Notes under the pieces: model-generated
Database searches by the model: none
The model's input: the letters and a program-made list of their open reading frames with translations, nothing else
What the model was told of the DNA's origin: nothing
DNA from: the human T2T-CHM13v2.0 reference genome, Homo sapiens
Assembly: GCF_009914755.1 (NCBI RefSeq)
Contig: NC_060942.1
Length of the DNA: 64,000 nucleotides
Direction: 5' to 3' (one strand)
Made by a program: the position numbers and the translations under genes
Shown here: positions 59,141 through 64,000 of the stretch, piece after piece
Layout of the letters: each line of letters opens with the position of its first letter
How positions within the stretch are numbered: the stretch's first letter is position 1

Positions 59141-61796
59141 GTTATCAATACCAGCTGCCACTACATGACCCATTTCAGAAACGAGGACTGTAATTGTCAT
59201 GAGTATTCTCTCCTTATTTTGTTAATAATACATTTGTGCATATATACACTTGTATTAAGCAGATATCTTTGTCTTTTCTTGTTCCTTTATGATGTAACAT
59301 AAGATTTACTGACGTCACATCAGCATTTAAGTGTTGTTAATTTTATGTAATAGTATTTAAGTTAAGGATTAGTGCATTTTCAATTGTACAAAGGATAGTT
59401 ACATTATGTTGGGTGGAATTATGACCTTGTTATTGTCTTTATTTGGAGATAAGTATGATTTAAGAAGGTGTGTGTGAGTGCCAAGTTGACAAGGGGTGGA
59501 CTTGTTATGGTTAATAGAGATGTCAACCTGATTGAATTGAGGGATGCCTACATGACTGGGGAAGCATTGTTTCTGGTTGTGTCTGTGAAGGTGTTGCCAG
59601 AGGAGATTGACATTTCAGTTGTTGGACTGGGACTCAGTGTGGGTGGGCACCATCCAATCAGCTGCCAACAGAGGCTGGAACGAAGCAGGCAGAAGAAGGG
59701 GGACAAAGCAGCTTGCTGAGTCTCCTTGCTCTCTCTCTTCATGTGCTGGATGCTTGCTTACTCTCCTCCTATCCTTGGACATCAGACTCCAGGTTCTTCA
59801 GCCTTTGAAGTCTGGGAACCCCACCAGTGGCTCCTGGGGGCTCTTGGGCCTTCAGCCTCAGACTAAGGGCTGCATTATTGGCTTCCCTGCTTTTGAGGCT
59901 TTTGGACTTGGACTGAGCCACACTCCCAGCTTCTGTCTTTTTCCAGCTTGCAGATGGCTTATTGTGGGACCTCCCCTTGCTATCATGTGAGCCAATTCTC
60001 CCTGATAAACTCGCTTTTATATATACACATATCCTATTGGCTCTATCCCTCTGGAGAACTCCTAATACAGGTTCAGAATTGAATGTGAATTTAGATTGAG
60101 AAAATAAATCACAACAATTTATTGGATTCTTGGAAATTCTGGTCCCTTTCTTCTGATCTCTCTTTAGGCAAATTATCACACATGCTTACACAGAATACCT
60201 CCAGATTGCAGCCTGGCTCCCCTGACCCCATCTAGAATTCTCCACAACCCCAACAACAGCTGCCCAGGCTCAGGGAAGCCTTGAAGCTCTGACCTCACTG
60301 CCTTTGACCTCCCCTCTCTTTCTGCCTCCTTACTACTCTTGTTTGTACCATGCCAGTGCCCACTGTACAGCTTTTCCACTTGCTCCTTCCTGTGCTTGAA
60401 ATGTTCCATCCCCAGCTGTCCACAGAGCTCACCTTCTCATCTTCAGGTGTCTGCTCAAATGTCACCTCATCAAAGCAACCTACCCTGTTCTCTCTGTAAA
60501 AAGCAGCAACCCCCTTCTGCACTTTCTATTCTCTTTACCGTGCTTTAATTACTCTCATAACACTACCAGCTGACATATTCTGTGTTTGCACATTTGTTTG
60601 TTAATTGCCAGTCTCCCTCCTTTAGAATGGAAATTCAGGAGGATAGGGACCGTTTTGTCTCCTGTAAGTATACCTGGCACCTAAAACTAGGCCTGGCCCT
60701 TGATAAGACACTTAAAAACTATTGGTTGAATGAATGAATATAAGTTGAATAACAAGGAAGCCTTATTATTTTTCAATATGGAATCAACTTTTTAAGGAAA
60801 TAATTCACTCCACATTCCCAGCCCATATCCTCAATTATCAGTTACCTCAGTTACCTACTGGTGTGTGACAGCTACTATTTTGGCTACCTGGCATGCTTCC
60901 ACATCATTCTTACCCTAATCCCACACTCCACTTATCCCCAGGGATAAGCACACACTCTAGGTATGGCCAAGTGGTGTGCTCCAGATGATTAGTCAGAAAT
61001 GAGCTCACCACCTAAGCTTGGCCAATCCATGACTTCCTCAAGATCATTCTCACTGGAGTTAGGGAAGAGGAAGTAGCCCCTTGACATGTGTCACATTATT
61101 GAGCTAGAAGGCTGTGAATTAAGGGCTCTGAGGGATGTGTTTTTCCCTAGCAGAGAAAGAGATGGCTTGAAAGTCCCAGCAGCATGGAGCCCTGGGTCCA
61201 GTTTCTGGAGCTCCTCTGCTTCCTGCAGCTCTTCCTGCAGTTCCAGGATGCTGGAACCTAGGAGTTTCCCAGCATCCTTCCAACTTCCTTTTCTGCTTTA
61301 ACAAATACCAGCTGAGCTCCTGTTACTCATGATTAAAACTCCTCACTAATATGCACCGGGCACCAGGCTGTTCACTGAGGATGTAGTGATGACCTGGACA
61401 CTATCCTTGCCCTCAAGGAACTTACAACCTTCACGGAGAAAGCAGAAGGGAAGATGGTAATGGCAATGCAGTCTGAACACATGTATTGGACACGGGACTT
61501 GCCGGAATTCAGAGATCTGACATGTGTCATGACACTGATCAGCTGCTTTAAGTTCTTGTGATAATTCTAGGTTCAAAGCAACCTAAGGCTCTAAAATAAT
61601 ATTGTTGGTCATCAAATCAATATATATATTAACTGAGCACCTACTGTATGCAAGGGTTACCATAAGTGCTATGATACAGACCTGTAGAACATTCTAACTG
61701 GGGTAGGTTGCCCTTCTAAAAAATAATAAATACTAGGTAAGTATGAAATGAAGTCATAGGACATTCTATTTCTTCCTGTGTCTTTCTTTTTTTAAT

Positions 61797-62093
61797 TCTT
61801 TTTTTTTTTTTTGAGATGGGGTCTTGCTCTATCACCCCAGCTGGTGTGCAGAGGCATGGTCATAGCACATTGCAGCCTCCAACTCCTGGACTCAAGCGAT
61901 CCTCCTGCCTCAGCCTCTCAAGTAGCTGAGACTACAGGTGTGCACCACCATGCCCAGCTAATTTTTTTAAGTAGTGATGAGGTCTTGCTATGTTGCCCAG
62001 GCTGGTGTTGAAATCCTGGGCTCCAGCCATCCTCCCACCTCAGCCTCCCAAAATGCTGGGATTACAGACATGAGTGAGTCACTGTGCCTGGCC
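61797..62093 (-). mobile_element. Alu (AluJ-like), followed by a MIR-like segment (~62115-62345)
   Basis: Antisense Alu consensus, then the MIR core TGATCTTGGGCAAAGTCACTTTATCTCTGTGAGACTCAGT...GGGTTGTTAGGAAGATTAAATGAG. Confidence 0.85.
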
Positions 62094-64000
62094 CTATCTG
62101 TGGCTTTCTAAAGGAGCAGTTTAGCATATGGTTGGGAGTGTGAGCTTTGGAATCCCAATTGTGTTACTAGCCAGGTGATCTTGGGCAAAGTCACTTTATC
62201 TCTGTGAGACTCAGTGTCTTCCTGTAGACTGGATAATATAACTATTTATTTTACAGGGTTGTTAGGAAGATTAAATGAGTCCATTTGAGTAAAGCAGTTA
62301 GAATAGTGCCCAACACATAGTAAATCCTCAATAAATGTTAGCTAACAACACTATGTCTAAATCATATAAATTATAAATTCCTCAAAAGCAGGAGCCTTGC
62401 ATTATTTGTAGCTCTGCTAACACGTACAGACCACTCAAGATTTTTCTAGTTGCTCAGCTCAGCAGTATTAATATATTAGCAGATGTAGCATTGTCTTGCT
62501 TGCTGGTTTCTCCATCTGCTCTAAATTTAGTACTAAATAAAGATAGTTGTGGGGGTGGAGGAGGTTTTAAAGATCTCTGGTCCAAATCCATTAGGTTTTT
62601 TGTTGTGTTTGAAAGCTGTAATCCAGAGAGAGTTTGAAAGCATATGCTAAAGACCATTTTTAGGCATGTTTTGCAGAAATGTATAGCATCTATTTACATT
62701 ATTATGTGTTTCCATACTTTGACTGTCAATCCTTTGCATATAGTAGTATCCTAACTGATGTTCCAAATTTGCTACTATGCTATACATGGGCTTGCATAAT
62801 TCCTAATTCATAACATATGGATATTAAATAGATTAGCTTATGAGAAGCAATTCACTTTTTTCCATCTTGGTAAGTAGAATAGTCACAATCCAATAAAGAT
62901 AAATAAAGATGTCTAGGACTAAGGCATCATAATTACACCTTATATTTGTATAGTGCAAAATAACACCTTACATTTGTATACGTTATTTAATTCTTACAAC
63001 TACTCAGTGAAGTAAGCAGGCATGGAAGTATCATGAATTCCATTTTATAGATGAAGATATTAGAACCTAGAGGTTTTAACTGACTTGCCTAAGTTTACTA
63101 CATGGTAACAAATGGCAGAGCCAAGATCATACTTGGGTTTCTTCACTGCTAGCCCAGTGCCCTTTTTACTTTACTGGTAGAGGAAAGTGTTAGGAATTTT
63201 TATTTTCTTCCACCAATATTTACAGCCTGACTCTACAAAGAACCTTACCAATGGTGGTCTGTTGTGAGCCTTCAGCAAGGTATGGGTCTCATATGCTTAA
63301 TCCCAATTTGTAAATGTTATAGAGCCACCCCCCTGGCAAGGAGGATTTATATCAGGCAAATGTTGCAGAAAACGATATTTAGCTGCATCTGCTACAGCTG
63401 ATAAACTTTGGAATTGAAAGACAAGAAAGAATCATCAATGAAGTAACTCAAATAATGGGAGAGAATCTCCCAGTCAACACTGAATATCCTTGCTCCTTAA
63501 ATTTCAAGCTAAAGATGCCTATAAAACTCCATATAATATAACCACAGAAGATATTTTGTAGGTAGTACTTTGCACAAAAGCAATCATAGGAGTTTTACAG
63601 TTTGTTTTTATTGGAAGAGAGCCACAGCTCCAGAATTTCTTGTCATTGAATAGATGGGAGGGAGCGGGAGTTAGAAGCAGAAAAGAGAATCAGCCTGAAC
63701 ATACAGATGCTGGGGACTATGCGGTTGGGGCAGAAAACGTTTATACTGTAAGGAGTTAGTGTGAGTGGTGGAGAGAGAGTGACTAAAATTTTTACACAAT
63801 TACTATATAAATTCTTTTTTTTTAGTATATACATTCTGATCAGACTAGTGTAAACTGGCATAGACAAATATGAAGCAGTTGATGTTGTACATAGAAATGG
63901 GAGAAAAGAAAGCCAGACAATGTAAAAAATTTATTCCCCTCCCACTCCAGATAACACCCCAGTGTGAGAGTTAGGAGTCCATATATTTCAAGAGACTGAA

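Overview
This is human-type (primate) genomic DNA, not microbial. The one protein-coding gene in the window is a complete ELAC1 (short-form RNase Z) on the + strand. It has a CpG-island promoter, non-coding exon 1 (ending 19825), and coding exons 26116-26272, 35808-36275 and 38331-38797, which join to 1092 nt (363 aa + stop) with intact metallo-beta-lactamase motifs. From known gene order (ME2-ELAC1-SMAD4, 18q21), the first few kb are probably ME2 3'-UTR or downstream sequence, but no ME2 or SMAD4 coding sequence is visible. The rest is dense in repeats: more than 30 Alus, old L1 fragments, a full-length THE1 in intron 2, an ERVK-class solo LTR, and a two-LTR ERVL provirus carrying nested L1PA, Alu and solo-LTR insertions. 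There are also Y1 RNA and U6 retrocopies with target-site duplications (TSDs). Almost all ORFs in the supplied track are repeat-derived noise. I see no evidence of a new multi-gene system. The most curious items are two near-perfect hairpins (46-bp and 23-bp stems), a symmetric ELAC1 exon 3 bracketed by inverted Alus, a tailless 30-nt U6 retrocopy, a copy of the ERVL protease motif spliced into gag, and an in-frame gag/L1-RT junction. Repeat family names come from recall of consensus sequences, and repeat boundaries without TSDs are approximate.
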